Assembly: GCA_041640035.1 (NCBI GenBank)
Contig: JBEQBC010000006.1
Location: 1 to 34,657, forward strand
Length of the DNA: 34,657 nt
Direction: 5' to 3'
Origin: Candidatus Nanohaloarchaea archaeon
GTDB lineage: Archaea > Nanohalarchaeota > Nanosalinia > Nanosalinales > Nanosalinaceae
Shown here: one piece after another, positions 8,076 through 16,004 of the stretch
Numbering within the stretch: the stretch's first letter is position 1
Layout of the letters: every line of letters begins with the position of its first letter
Position numbers and translations under genes: made by a program
The notes under the pieces: model-generated
Seen by the model: the letters and a program-made list of their open reading frames with translations, nothing else
What the model was told of the DNA's origin: nothing
Databases searched by the model: none

Positions 8076-9272
8076 TCAGTTTGATGAAACAACTTCGATT
8101 ACATCAAGATGCTCAAGTACATGATCGCTTCCGATCTGACGGTTCTCACGGCAATCGATAGCATGCAGGAATCCTTCACCTAGATCGCTGTGAATAGTGT
8201 ATGCGAAGTCTTCAGCTGTAGAACCTTCAGGTACTAGGAAGCAGTCAGGTAGTATATTTCCGTGCTCATCTCCAAGACCATCCGCTCCTCCAGGGAATAC
8301 AGCCATAACACCCAGTTCTTCGAAAAGTGCGTCTTCCAGAGCTTTCTGCACTCCCGTACCGCCGTACTTCTGCATGAAGTCTCTGATCTTCTCTAAACCT
8401 TTCTCTTTTTCTTCAGGCAAGTCATCCGTCAGTATCTCGAAGTCTTTATCTCCCGGATAGTATTCGACTACATCCTGTTCGGCTGCGTTCTTCAACGCTT
8501 TCTCTGCGTGAGCTGAGACAGGTACAAAGTCTAAGTGTTCGTATTCCGGGTCGTTCGTTATTTCGTCCCAGTTCTCCTGTGCTTTCTCTGTATCCATCTT
8601 GTTTGCTGCGATCATCATAGGCTTCGTGGCTTTCCTGATGGTGCGTGCTAGCCTCTTCTTATCTTCTTTATCCCATGTATCCGGATCCAGTTCAAGGTCT
8701 TCCTGCAGTATCAACTGTTTTATCTCGTTTTTGTTAGTCTGGAAGGCACTCATCTGTTCAGCGAGCTCTTCCTCCAGTTTCACATCTTGCGGTCCCTGCT
8801 TAGATTCGTATCTTTCAATTCCTTTCTCCAGGACTTCGAAGTACCACATATCTAGTTCTTCCTCGAGGAAGTCGATATCTTCTCTCGGGTCGTGGTTTTC
8901 TGTCGGTTCTCCTTCTATATCTGTCTCTCCGGAGAAATCTACGATGTGGATAAGTACATCGGCTTCGTTCAGATCGGTCAGGAACTTGTTTCCCAGTCCC
9001 TTACCTTCATGTGCTCCTGGGATCAGGCCGGCTACATCCACAAGCTTAACAGGTACATGCCGCGTTCCGTCATGGCAGAAACCTACTCTAGGATCACAGC
9101 TCTCGCCGAAATCAGGTGCGGCACAGTCAACCCGTACATATGCTTCTCCGACGCTTGGATCTATAGTGGTGAAGGGGTAGTTTCCTTCATCTACTGAGTC
9201 CATGGTTGCTGCGTTGAAGAATGTTGATTTGCCGACGCTGGGCTTTCCTACAAGACCGATTTTGTAAGGCAT
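8076..9272 (-). CDS. ychF: Obg-family YchF / Ygr210-type translation-associated NTPase with TGS domain
   Basis: GKPSVGKST, YPFTTIDP, DVAGLIPGAHEGKGLGNKFL, ANKMD, and C-terminal TGS (GSTAEDFAYTIHSDL). Confidence 0.93.
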   Translation of the reverse strand: MPYKIGLVGKPSVGKSTFFNAATMDSVDEGNYPFTTIDPSVGEAYVRVDCAAPDFGESCDPRVGFCHDGTRHVPVKLVDVAGLIPGAHEGKGLGNKFLTDLNEADVLIHIVDFSGETDIEGEPTENHDPREDIDFLEEELDMWYFEVLEKGIERYESKQGPQDVKLEEELAEQMSAFQTNKNEIKQLILQEDLELDPDTWDKEDKKRLARTIRKATKPMMIAANKMDTEKAQENWDEITNDPEYEHLDFVPVSAHAEKALKNAAEQDVVEYYPGDKDFEILTDDLPEEKEKGLEKIRDFMQKYGGTGVQKALEDALFEELGVMAVFPGGADGLGDEHGNILPDCFLVPEGSTAEDFAYTIHSDLGEGFLHAIDCRENRQIGSDHVLEHLDVIEVVSSN

Positions 9273-9379
9273 AATGTTTGACTATTTAAGAAGATTTTTT
9301 AACCCGACCGAGTCAGGGACTATCTGACTTGGACCAGCCTATCAGGTTTTTTATTCACGAGTGTCTAATTTTATACATT

Positions 9380-11008
9380 ATGCTTCTCTCCGAGGCTATG
9401 AACCAGGATTATGACAAAGTTCTACAGAATGCTGGAGAGGTGCAGAATATCCTGAACCAAAGAGCCAGAAAACTACTTGAGGAGGCGGAGTCTGGAAGAG
9501 CCACTACGCCAAATGTGGAGGTAAAAGTCGGTTTCAAACCTCAGTCGTACGAGAATGTTGCTGACAGTTTGCTGTTTCTGGGCGTTGCCAGAGAGTGCAT
9601 ACTCGAGAATAAGTTTAACATTATTAACCTGAATGAAGCTATCAGGTCGAAATTTAAACTGAGGCAATACGCACAAGGGGGAAAGAAAAAGCAACTTGTA
9701 GGTCGTCAAGGAACACATAACAGGGAACACGGCAATATTGCAGTCACTAAGATGCCTGAGGAAGCGGTATCTGATCTCAGGGAGAAGTACCCTGTCTTGA
9801 AACCTGTCTTCGATCAACTGGTTATGAATAATGGAGGTCTTCCTTCAATTCTCAGTCATGAATTAACTCATGCGTGTATTCATAGAAATATAGGTTCCGT
9901 GAGTGGGCAGAGGTCGCCTAAAATAGATGAGATTGATGAGGCAGCTGCGCAGTTGACAGGGGAGTTGATGGGTAAACCTGGAAGCGACCCATTAGAATAT
10001 GAGGACATGGATAGGGAGAAATTACATCTCGTAGAGAAGCTCCTGAATGATAAAGCTCAGGAAGCCACGGGAGTAGATCAGAAAATAGATATAGTCCGTG
10101 AAGAAGCAGCTAAGGCAGCGAAAAAGATACAGAGACATCCGGGCTTCGATATAATACAGGCTCTCTATCCAAAGAGAGTAGAGTTTGCCAATAAGTTCTC
10201 AAAAGCTATCAGAGAGATGGAAGGTGTGGAAAAAGAATCTGTGCAGGTACTGGAGGCCTTGGGTTTGATGGAGGGAGACCTGCAGGGAAAGCAGAGAGAA
10301 AAATATTACATCACACAGCTGGAGAACGAGAAGAATGAAGTCGTAAAGGATATTTTCCCTTCTAATGTGGAGACAGACACCGTAGATGATGAAGTAGACA
10401 AACTATTTGAGGGAGAGGAGACTACGCACTCGAAAGGGTCTAATAGCGGCTCCAGAGCTTCGGGAGGACCGAATAAATCGCTGAAATCTCTCTCAGCAGC
10501 GGCAGATCAACTTGAAAAATTAGCTGCTAATGACGACCTCACTACGGAAGAAGTCCATCAACTAGCAGAATCTATAGATAAGATAAACGCAATGCTTGAA
10601 GCATTCCAGGAAAAGAGAGAAAAGTTAAAGGAACGATATTCAATACCTGAGAAAATAGTCAATGGCAGAAGGAAAACTTCTCAGGACGAGCTTTCTCCAA
10701 ATGAGGCCTGCGAAGATATTAGTGAATTCCTGGAACTTTATCTAAACCTGATAAATGGGGGAATTAAACTCTGTGAAATAGGTATTGAAGGTCTCGAACA
10801 GCTACATGACTCCGAGGCAAAATCTGCTGAACTGATGAAAAGGTATGGGGAAGAATCAGAGTATCATAAAATTCAGGAAGCAGAGCAGGACACTGAAGAG
10901 GCCTATTCCCACCTGAAGAAATCTAAGAGGATCCTTGAAGATAGCAAAGGTAATATTCAAAGGGTCAACGAAGACTTGGAACAGGCAAAGAAAATTTTAG
11001 CGACATAA
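9380..11008 (+). CDS. HExxH zinc-metallopeptidase-like domain fused to a long helical/coiled-coil region
   Basis: ILSHELTHACIH followed by IDEAAA; heptad-rich C-terminal ~250 aa; no signal peptide or TM helix visible. Confidence 0.7.
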   Translation: MLLSEAMNQDYDKVLQNAGEVQNILNQRARKLLEEAESGRATTPNVEVKVGFKPQSYENVADSLLFLGVARECILENKFNIINLNEAIRSKFKLRQYAQGGKKKQLVGRQGTHNREHGNIAVTKMPEEAVSDLREKYPVLKPVFDQLVMNNGGLPSILSHELTHACIHRNIGSVSGQRSPKIDEIDEAAAQLTGELMGKPGSDPLEYEDMDREKLHLVEKLLNDKAQEATGVDQKIDIVREEAAKAAKKIQRHPGFDIIQALYPKRVEFANKFSKAIREMEGVEKESVQVLEALGLMEGDLQGKQREKYYITQLENEKNEVVKDIFPSNVETDTVDDEVDKLFEGEETTHSKGSNSGSRASGGPNKSLKSLSAAADQLEKLAANDDLTTEEVHQLAESIDKINAMLEAFQEKREKLKERYSIPEKIVNGRRKTSQDELSPNEACEDISEFLELYLNLINGGIKLCEIGIEGLEQLHDSEAKSAELMKRYGEESEYHKIQEAEQDTEEAYSHLKKSKRILEDSKGNIQRVNEDLEQAKKILAT

Positions 11009-11030
11009 AGAGAATGATTTTCCGAATGTA

Positions 11031-11117
11031 AATTGTTGTTATCCTAGGTCATTATCCTATAACAGACCTTAAATCGTTCTTTTGCGGGGGTTATGGAGAT
11101 CATCTAGGAGTACAATT
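11031..11117 (+). other. Intergenic imperfect hairpin (candidate structured RNA or DNA site)
   Basis: TCCTAGGT(11042-49)/ATCTAGGA(11102-09); TCC(T)ATAAC(11055-63)/GTTATGGA(11090-97); AATTGT/ACAATT flanks. Confidence 0.35.
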
Positions 11118-11157
11118 AATTCTAGACCAACGAGGGTTACTGTATTGTTAAAACTTT

Positions 11158-11171
11158 CGAGTTTGAACTCG
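11158..11171. promoter_or_regulatory. Palindrome CGAGTT-TG-AACTCG between the TATA box and start of the DUF4186-like gene
   Basis: Perfect 6-bp arms ending 5 nt before ATG 11177, downstream of TTAAAA. Confidence 0.45.
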
Positions 11172-11176
11172 TGGAT

Positions 11177-11551
11177 ATGAGAAAATTAAAACTCCCTGGA
11201 AGAGATAAAACGCGGCCTAGACTGAATGAGGCAGATATGCGCCTGATAAAGTCTGAGGGAATCGACGGGATGAAGCAGCAGGCACGCGGAATGGTTAAAA
11301 GATACCTGAAGAAGCCGAGAGGAGAAAAAGAAGTACCCTCGGCAGGAAACCCTATCTACAAGGCAATGCATGCCTGCAACTGCTCTTCACGGAGAGAGCT
11401 ATCACGAGCACATAAGATACCAGCAAACGGTGAACTATCAGAGAGGGATGTCGATTCAGTAGTTAATCTCCTGACTAGATGGATTGCACGAGAGTACAAT
11501 TTCTACAAGGAGGAACAGGATATGCAGCAGGGCCATCTCAAGGACTTTTAG
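11177..11551 (+). CDS. DUF4186-like protein
   Basis: PSAGNPIYKAMHACNCSSRRELSRAHKIPANGELSERDVDSVVNLLTRWI resembles the recalled DUF4186 pattern (GHPVF.AQHA...CR.CL..WH.IP..R.L...E...VV.....WI). Confidence 0.65.
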   Translation: MRKLKLPGRDKTRPRLNEADMRLIKSEGIDGMKQQARGMVKRYLKKPRGEKEVPSAGNPIYKAMHACNCSSRRELSRAHKIPANGELSERDVDSVVNLLTRWIAREYNFYKEEQDMQQGHLKDF

Positions 11552-11585
11552 AAACCGGTTCATCGATTTTATACCCTTTAGAAGT

Positions 11586-11607
11586 CTGTAAGATTTATAT
11601 CGAACAG
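11586..11607 (+). promoter_or_regulatory. Second copy of the imperfect CTGTTCG-N8-CGAACAG site, upstream of TPTPC paralog 3
   Basis: CTGTAAG ATTTATAT CGAACAG; the right arm starts 49 nt before ATG 11650. Confidence 0.55.
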
Positions 11608-11649
11608 TTTCCCTCTGTTTAAAAAGTATTTGAAGGATTAATTCTAGAT

Positions 11650-12297
11650 ATGAAGAGAACAGTACTACTTGCGGCTCTCCTTGCGACTTTAGTTTCAGCT
11701 TCAGCCTACACCGGTTACGATGGACCCGATGAAGGGATGCACATCATGGATAATATAGATTCTCCTTCAACTTCAATAGAGAAAAATGGAACAGACTGGC
11801 GAATGACACTTGAAGAGGTTAACTCCACGGCAGAAAACACCTCCACTGGAGTACTGAGCCACAGTTTTGAAGGAAACACCGTGAAATTCCAGGGAGTCAT
11901 CAGCACTCCTACACCTTGCCATTCCCTAAATGCGGAGGTAAGCGAAGAAGGAAGAGACTCGTATAGTATGAGTGTATCCTCCAATAAATCCAGTAACAGT
12001 ACCTGTGAACAGGTAGTTACCTACAGAAAGTACAACGCAAGCTTTGAGTACGAGAGACCTTTCAAAATAACGGTCAAACACAGCAACGGTGAAGAAGAAA
12101 CTCTTACTCATCCTGATTTCGGTCGAGAGGGAGAACCGGTGGATATACCTAGGATACAGCCCGAGCAGAAAGGTCCTATTCAAAAATTGATCGAATGGTT
12201 CAAAGATCTGTTTTCCGACGATCCGAAAAGAATCAGTATGGATAATTCAAAAGTAGAGAAAATAGATACAGAGGATATAATTATCGAGGAAGGATAA
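11650..12297 (+). CDS. Secreted TPTPC / C-x-QV protein, paralog 3
   Basis: Signal peptide; GPDEGMHI; VKFQGVISTPTPCHSL...TCEQVVTYRKYNASF...THPDFG, clearly similar to 6094..6630. Confidence 0.8.
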   Translation: MKRTVLLAALLATLVSASAYTGYDGPDEGMHIMDNIDSPSTSIEKNGTDWRMTLEEVNSTAENTSTGVLSHSFEGNTVKFQGVISTPTPCHSLNAEVSEEGRDSYSMSVSSNKSSNSTCEQVVTYRKYNASFEYERPFKITVKHSNGEEETLTHPDFGREGEPVDIPRIQPEQKGPIQKLIEWFKDLFSDDPKRISMDNSKVEKIDTEDIIIEEG

Positions 12298-12331
12298 CCC
12301 TCTCTATCCCCCTCATTTTTTCTCTTAACTC

Positions 12332-13633
12332 CTAGATAAGTTCTTCGCCTTTCAGGTGCTCAACAACTTTATCTTTGTCTAGGTTCTCTTCCTCGCCTGA
12401 ATCCATGTGCTTCATAGTGACTTCATCGTTCTCCAGGTCTCTTTCTCCGACGATCAGCACCCTTTTTGCATTCATGTCATCAGCGTATCCCAGCTGGCTT
12501 CCGAAACCTCTTCCGGCCAAGTCGGTCTCGACAGATAGCCCTTCCTTTCGAAGTCTTGTCGCATAATCAAGAGCCGTGTCTCTCACGGATTCACTGACCG
12601 AGAGAACATAGACATCTGTCTCAACTTCTCTCAAGGGGTGCCGGCCCTCCTTCTTCAGCAGTTCAATAGTAGGAGAGTAACCGAACGCGAAACCTACTGC
12701 CGGCACATCTCTATCACCGAAGTCGCCGACAAGTTCATCATAACGGCCTCCTCCGAAAAGCGCTCTCAATTCTCCTTCACTGTCGAATGCCTCAAATACC
12801 AGTCCTGTGTAGTAGGCCAGTCCTCGGACGATGGAGAGGTCGAAACGGCACATCTCAGCGACACCGTAACTTTCCAGTGCTTCACCCAGACTTTCCATTC
12901 GGTTAACTCTTTCCTGTACTTCTTCAGGAGCTTTCTGCCGTAGCTCTTCAATATTTTCCAAGATTGGACCTGAGATATCTGTTAGTTCATCTACCTGTTC
13001 TGCTTCTTCTCTTGTTAGTCCTCGATCCATAAGGTCTTCGAGGAACTCCTCTGTTTCGAGTTTCTCCTTGTCGTCAACGACTTTCATCGCTGCCTCGGTT
13101 TCCTTGATTCCATGTGCTTCAAGAATTGATTCAAGAAGGGCTCTGTCATTAATCAGGAACTTTACTCTGTCATCTAGATCCAGTTTCTTGTATATTGTTG
13201 CTGCGGCGGCGATGACTTCTGCATCTGCCTCAACTGATTCTATTCCGAAGATATCAAAGTCTGTCTGACGGAACTCTCTGTCTCGTCCCTTGGTTACATC
13301 CTCATATCTCCACCGTTTTCCGGTGTTGTACCATTTGACCGGTGTTTTCAGGTCTTTTCGTTTCTGTACAAGTCTGGCTCGTGTAGGTGTTTCCTCAGGC
13401 ACTAAGGTTATTTCGTTTTCGCCTTTGTCTGTGAAGGCGTACATCTCATCGGTTACGCTGTCTTCTTCTTTTTCTGTCCACAGTTCCTGTCTTTCGATTG
13501 TTGGCGGGTCTATCTGTCGGAATCCGAATTCCTCTGCTGTTTCTTCTACTACCTCAATAAGGTATTTCCATGTCGCCCATTCACTTGGGTATCGATCGTA
13601 TGTGCCTTTCAGGCTTTCCAAGTTAATGCTCAT
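12332..13633 (-). CDS. hisS: Histidyl-tRNA synthetase
   Basis: WRYE..KGRDREFRQTDFD, VRGLAYYTG, GGGRYD, PAVGFAFG and the anticodon-binding domain. Confidence 0.97.
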   Translation of the reverse strand: MSINLESLKGTYDRYPSEWATWKYLIEVVEETAEEFGFRQIDPPTIERQELWTEKEEDSVTDEMYAFTDKGENEITLVPEETPTRARLVQKRKDLKTPVKWYNTGKRWRYEDVTKGRDREFRQTDFDIFGIESVEADAEVIAAAATIYKKLDLDDRVKFLINDRALLESILEAHGIKETEAAMKVVDDKEKLETEEFLEDLMDRGLTREEAEQVDELTDISGPILENIEELRQKAPEEVQERVNRMESLGEALESYGVAEMCRFDLSIVRGLAYYTGLVFEAFDSEGELRALFGGGRYDELVGDFGDRDVPAVGFAFGYSPTIELLKKEGRHPLREVETDVYVLSVSESVRDTALDYATRLRKEGLSVETDLAGRGFGSQLGYADDMNAKRVLIVGERDLENDEVTMKHMDSGEEENLDKDKVVEHLKGEELI

Positions 13634-13635
13634 TC

Positions 13636-13667
13636 GAAACTCCTCCGAGTTTCTGCATGTCCAGAAA
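13636..13667 (-). promoter_or_regulatory. hisS leader: GGAGG Shine-Dalgarno sequence within competing hairpins
   Basis: Minus strand reads TTTCTG-GACATG-CAGAAA overlapping GAAACTC-GGAG-GAGTTTC; GGAGG lies 8 nt before the ATG. Confidence 0.5.
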
Positions 13668-13670
13668 ATT

Positions 13671-14483
13671 TCAAATTTTCGTACATTTTTGGTCGTCCTC
13701 TTGTTGAAAGATTCTTTCCTCTACTTTTTCAAGTCTTACCGCCTTGAAACCCAGGATATCATCATAGCTCTCATCGAAAAGAACCGGTACAAAGCTTTCA
13801 TCAGCATGTATCGAAGAATCTGATTCCGCGATTACTTCACCTTGCTCTACTTCTACAAAGTTTTCAGCCAGTACACCCAATTCCTCTGCCTCTCTTTCTT
13901 GAGTGCCGTAAACGGAGTATATCTCAGGTTGACTTCTATCTTTCTCACCTTCTATAGCATCTTCATTCACGAGGAACTGTTTCAGGATTCTGTAAGCCAT
14001 TTCAACTGATCGCTGTGTTCCTCGCGGTCCGGTTTCAACCTCCACACCACCGTAGTGATTGATTCCACATCCTGGTGTATAGCTTATCTCAACCGCTTTC
14101 TCCGTATTTGTGGATTGTAATGTTTCGACTGTTTTTTCGTCCATCCAGGTGAAAAGAGAGAAAGGTACAGGCTTGGTACTTGACTCATGCAGATCAAGGA
14201 CTTTCGGCTCTGTAAGCTCTTCCATCATCTCTGCTGCCAATCTTTCCTCGTACAAATCACTCTCAGGGTTGCCGGAGAAGCTTCTGTTGAGGTCGCAGTC
14301 GATGTACCTTTCACCTTCCTCATATGCTTTTTCGTTCGCGAATACAAACTTGACCGGTTTCAGGAATTCAGGATTTTCGCTTAGGAGTTTTTCGACTGCT
14401 TTTTTGCCTGCTGTTTCGTTGCCGTGGGTGCAGTATACTACTGCTATCTCTGGTTTTCCTTCGCCTTTTTCTGTAATTTTCAT
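13671..14483 (-). CDS. Succinylglutamate desuccinylase / aspartoacylase (AstE/AspA, M14-like) family deacylase
   Basis: THGNE, DLNRSF, LDLHES and VEVETG catalytic motifs are intact; GGTGA SD; start overlaps the GNAT stop. Confidence 0.9.
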   Translation of the reverse strand: MKITEKGEGKPEIAVVYCTHGNETAGKKAVEKLLSENPEFLKPVKFVFANEKAYEEGERYIDCDLNRSFSGNPESDLYEERLAAEMMEELTEPKVLDLHESSTKPVPFSLFTWMDEKTVETLQSTNTEKAVEISYTPGCGINHYGGVEVETGPRGTQRSVEMAYRILKQFLVNEDAIEGEKDRSQPEIYSVYGTQEREAEELGVLAENFVEVEQGEVIAESDSSIHADESFVPVLFDESYDDILGFKAVRLEKVEERIFQQEDDQKCTKI

Positions 14484-15118
14484 AGTGATTCACCTTGTGT
14501 TTCTTTCCAGAGGTAGATGCGTTCGTCTCCTCCTTCTTTTCCGACGAAGGGTACATCCTGTGTGACTGGTTCGTTGTCTTCTCCGAGCAGGAATGCCTGG
14601 AAACCCATTTTGCCGTCGAGGAAAAGTTTAGCTGTATTTGCTCCACTCCACTGTGTTCTCTGCATAGCTCGGGAGATATCTTCGTCATCACTCATCTTAT
14701 CCAGCATCCGTTCCTCAAGTTCCGTGCCGATGCCGTCACCTCTGTAGTTTGGTAGAACTCCGACCTCGTCGATCATGAAGGTCTCGCCGTCGTAGACATC
14801 CTGTTCAACTTCTGCCAGTTTCTCAGGGTACTTCTCCTCAGGGTCAACCTGGTCTGTGTCAACTCTGTATCCCCATGAGAAACCTGCGACTTTTCCGTCA
14901 TCGATAGCTAGAACTCCTTTGTAATCGAGTTCCGAGGTATCTTCCAGGAATCCGTCGGTTGTTTCGTAGTCCCAGTTTTCATCGTATGGAGAGTTTTCCT
15001 GGTTGAAGACTGTCTGGAATGTTCCGATAAGCGAGGCTCGATTAGTTTCATCGTTCAAAGGGTAACTTGTCTCGTCCTCAGAGAATCCGAACTCAACATA
15101 TTCGATATCATCACTCAC
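14480..15118 (-). CDS. GNAT-family N-acetyltransferase
   Basis: GKVAGFSWG, FMIDEVGVLPNYRGDGIGTEL (acetyl-CoA motif A), N..A....KMGF; probable GTG start at 15118 overlapping the end of the AbrB gene. Confidence 0.85.
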   Translation of the reverse strand: MSDDIEYVEFGFSEDETSYPLNDETNRASLIGTFQTVFNQENSPYDENWDYETTDGFLEDTSELDYKGVLAIDDGKVAGFSWGYRVDTDQVDPEEKYPEKLAEVEQDVYDGETFMIDEVGVLPNYRGDGIGTELEERMLDKMSDDEDISRAMQRTQWSGANTAKLFLDGKMGFQAFLLGEDNEPVTQDVPFVGKEGGDERIYLWKETQGESL

Positions 15119-15371
15119 TGAGAACCACCTCAAGAATCTCTCCATCGTAATTGAATCTCTCTATCTCTTCTTCGATCTGTGAGAGAAAGTTCAGCATCTC
15201 AGTTCTGGAATCGAAACTTTTCCTGATCTTCCGGGAGTCTGAGATCTCAAGAGTTAGTTCATCGCCTTCTCTCAGTCCTAGACTTTTCCTTATCCCTGCG
15301 GGAATGGTTATTCTTCCACGGGAATCGATCTTGCCGGAGAAACTAGTTGCGGTACATGTGAACACGGCCAC
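15111..15371 (-). CDS. AbrB/MazE/SpoVT-family DNA-binding protein
   Basis: KIDSRGRITIPAGIRKSLGLREGDELTLEI; start uncertain (GTG). Confidence 0.88.
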   Translation of the reverse strand: MAVFTCTATSFSGKIDSRGRITIPAGIRKSLGLREGDELTLEISDSRKIRKSFDSRTEMLNFLSQIEEEIERFNYDGEILEVVLSE

Positions 15372-15456
15372 CCTTCGTTGAGGAGGCCTCTGAGATATTG
15401 TTAGAGCTGTCTCTAGATTTTAAGTTGTCGAATGATTCTTGCCGTTCTGTGAACAT
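15343..15456 (-). CDS. Possible 37-aa upstream ORF (MFTERQESFDNLKSRDSSNNISEASSTKGGRVHMYRN), or frameshifted N-terminus of the AbrB gene
   Basis: Hand-translated; ATG preceded by AGGTGA; overlaps the AbrB start in another frame. Confidence 0.3.
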   Translation of the reverse strand: MFTERQESFDNLKSRDSSNNISEASSTKGGRVHMYRN

Positions 15457-15614
15457 ATTCACCTTTCATTGGTGATCAAGAACGAAGTGTCTAAAGCAGT
15501 TTTTTATAGTTTCTGTGGGAGAGCCTTGGGAAGAAAAAACAATGGTTTCTTTGGTTATTGGACCATAAAATTGAAACATCTTACTAGTAAAATAGTTCTC
15601 AGAGGTTTGATTAT

Positions 15615-16004
15615 ATGGAGACTTCAGATGTCGAGGAGTTGATAGCTGAGAAGCCTGGTATCAGCTTTACAGAACTTAAAGAGGAGACAGAGTCAGCTAA
15701 TGGCCAGCTTCAGTACCACCTCAGGAAAGCAGATGTAGAGAAGTTCGGCCGTGGATATGTAACTACTGGATACTGTGACAACTGTATGTTGAAGGAGGTC
15801 TGTAAAGGTAACTGTATGCGTTTCTTCATGCGTCAGGAATACAAGAGAAAGATACTTCAGGAGATCGGATCTAAGAGGAAACTGGATATAGCAGACGAAT
15901 TAGGTATCACTCCTTCCACCCTGAGCTACCATGTTGAGCAGCTGGAGGAAAACAATCTCCTCGAGAACGGTGAAGTAAATCCTCTAGTAGAGAAAATGCT
16001 CTAA
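15615..16004 (+). CDS. Double winged-HTH transcriptional regulator with a central four-Cys motif
   Basis: PGISFTELKEETESANGQLQYHL; CDNCMLKEVCKGNC; LDIADELGITPSTLSYHVEQLEENNL. Confidence 0.85.
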   Translation: METSDVEELIAEKPGISFTELKEETESANGQLQYHLRKADVEKFGRGYVTTGYCDNCMLKEVCKGNCMRFFMRQEYKRKILQEIGSKRKLDIADELGITPSTLSYHVEQLEENNLLENGEVNPLVEKML

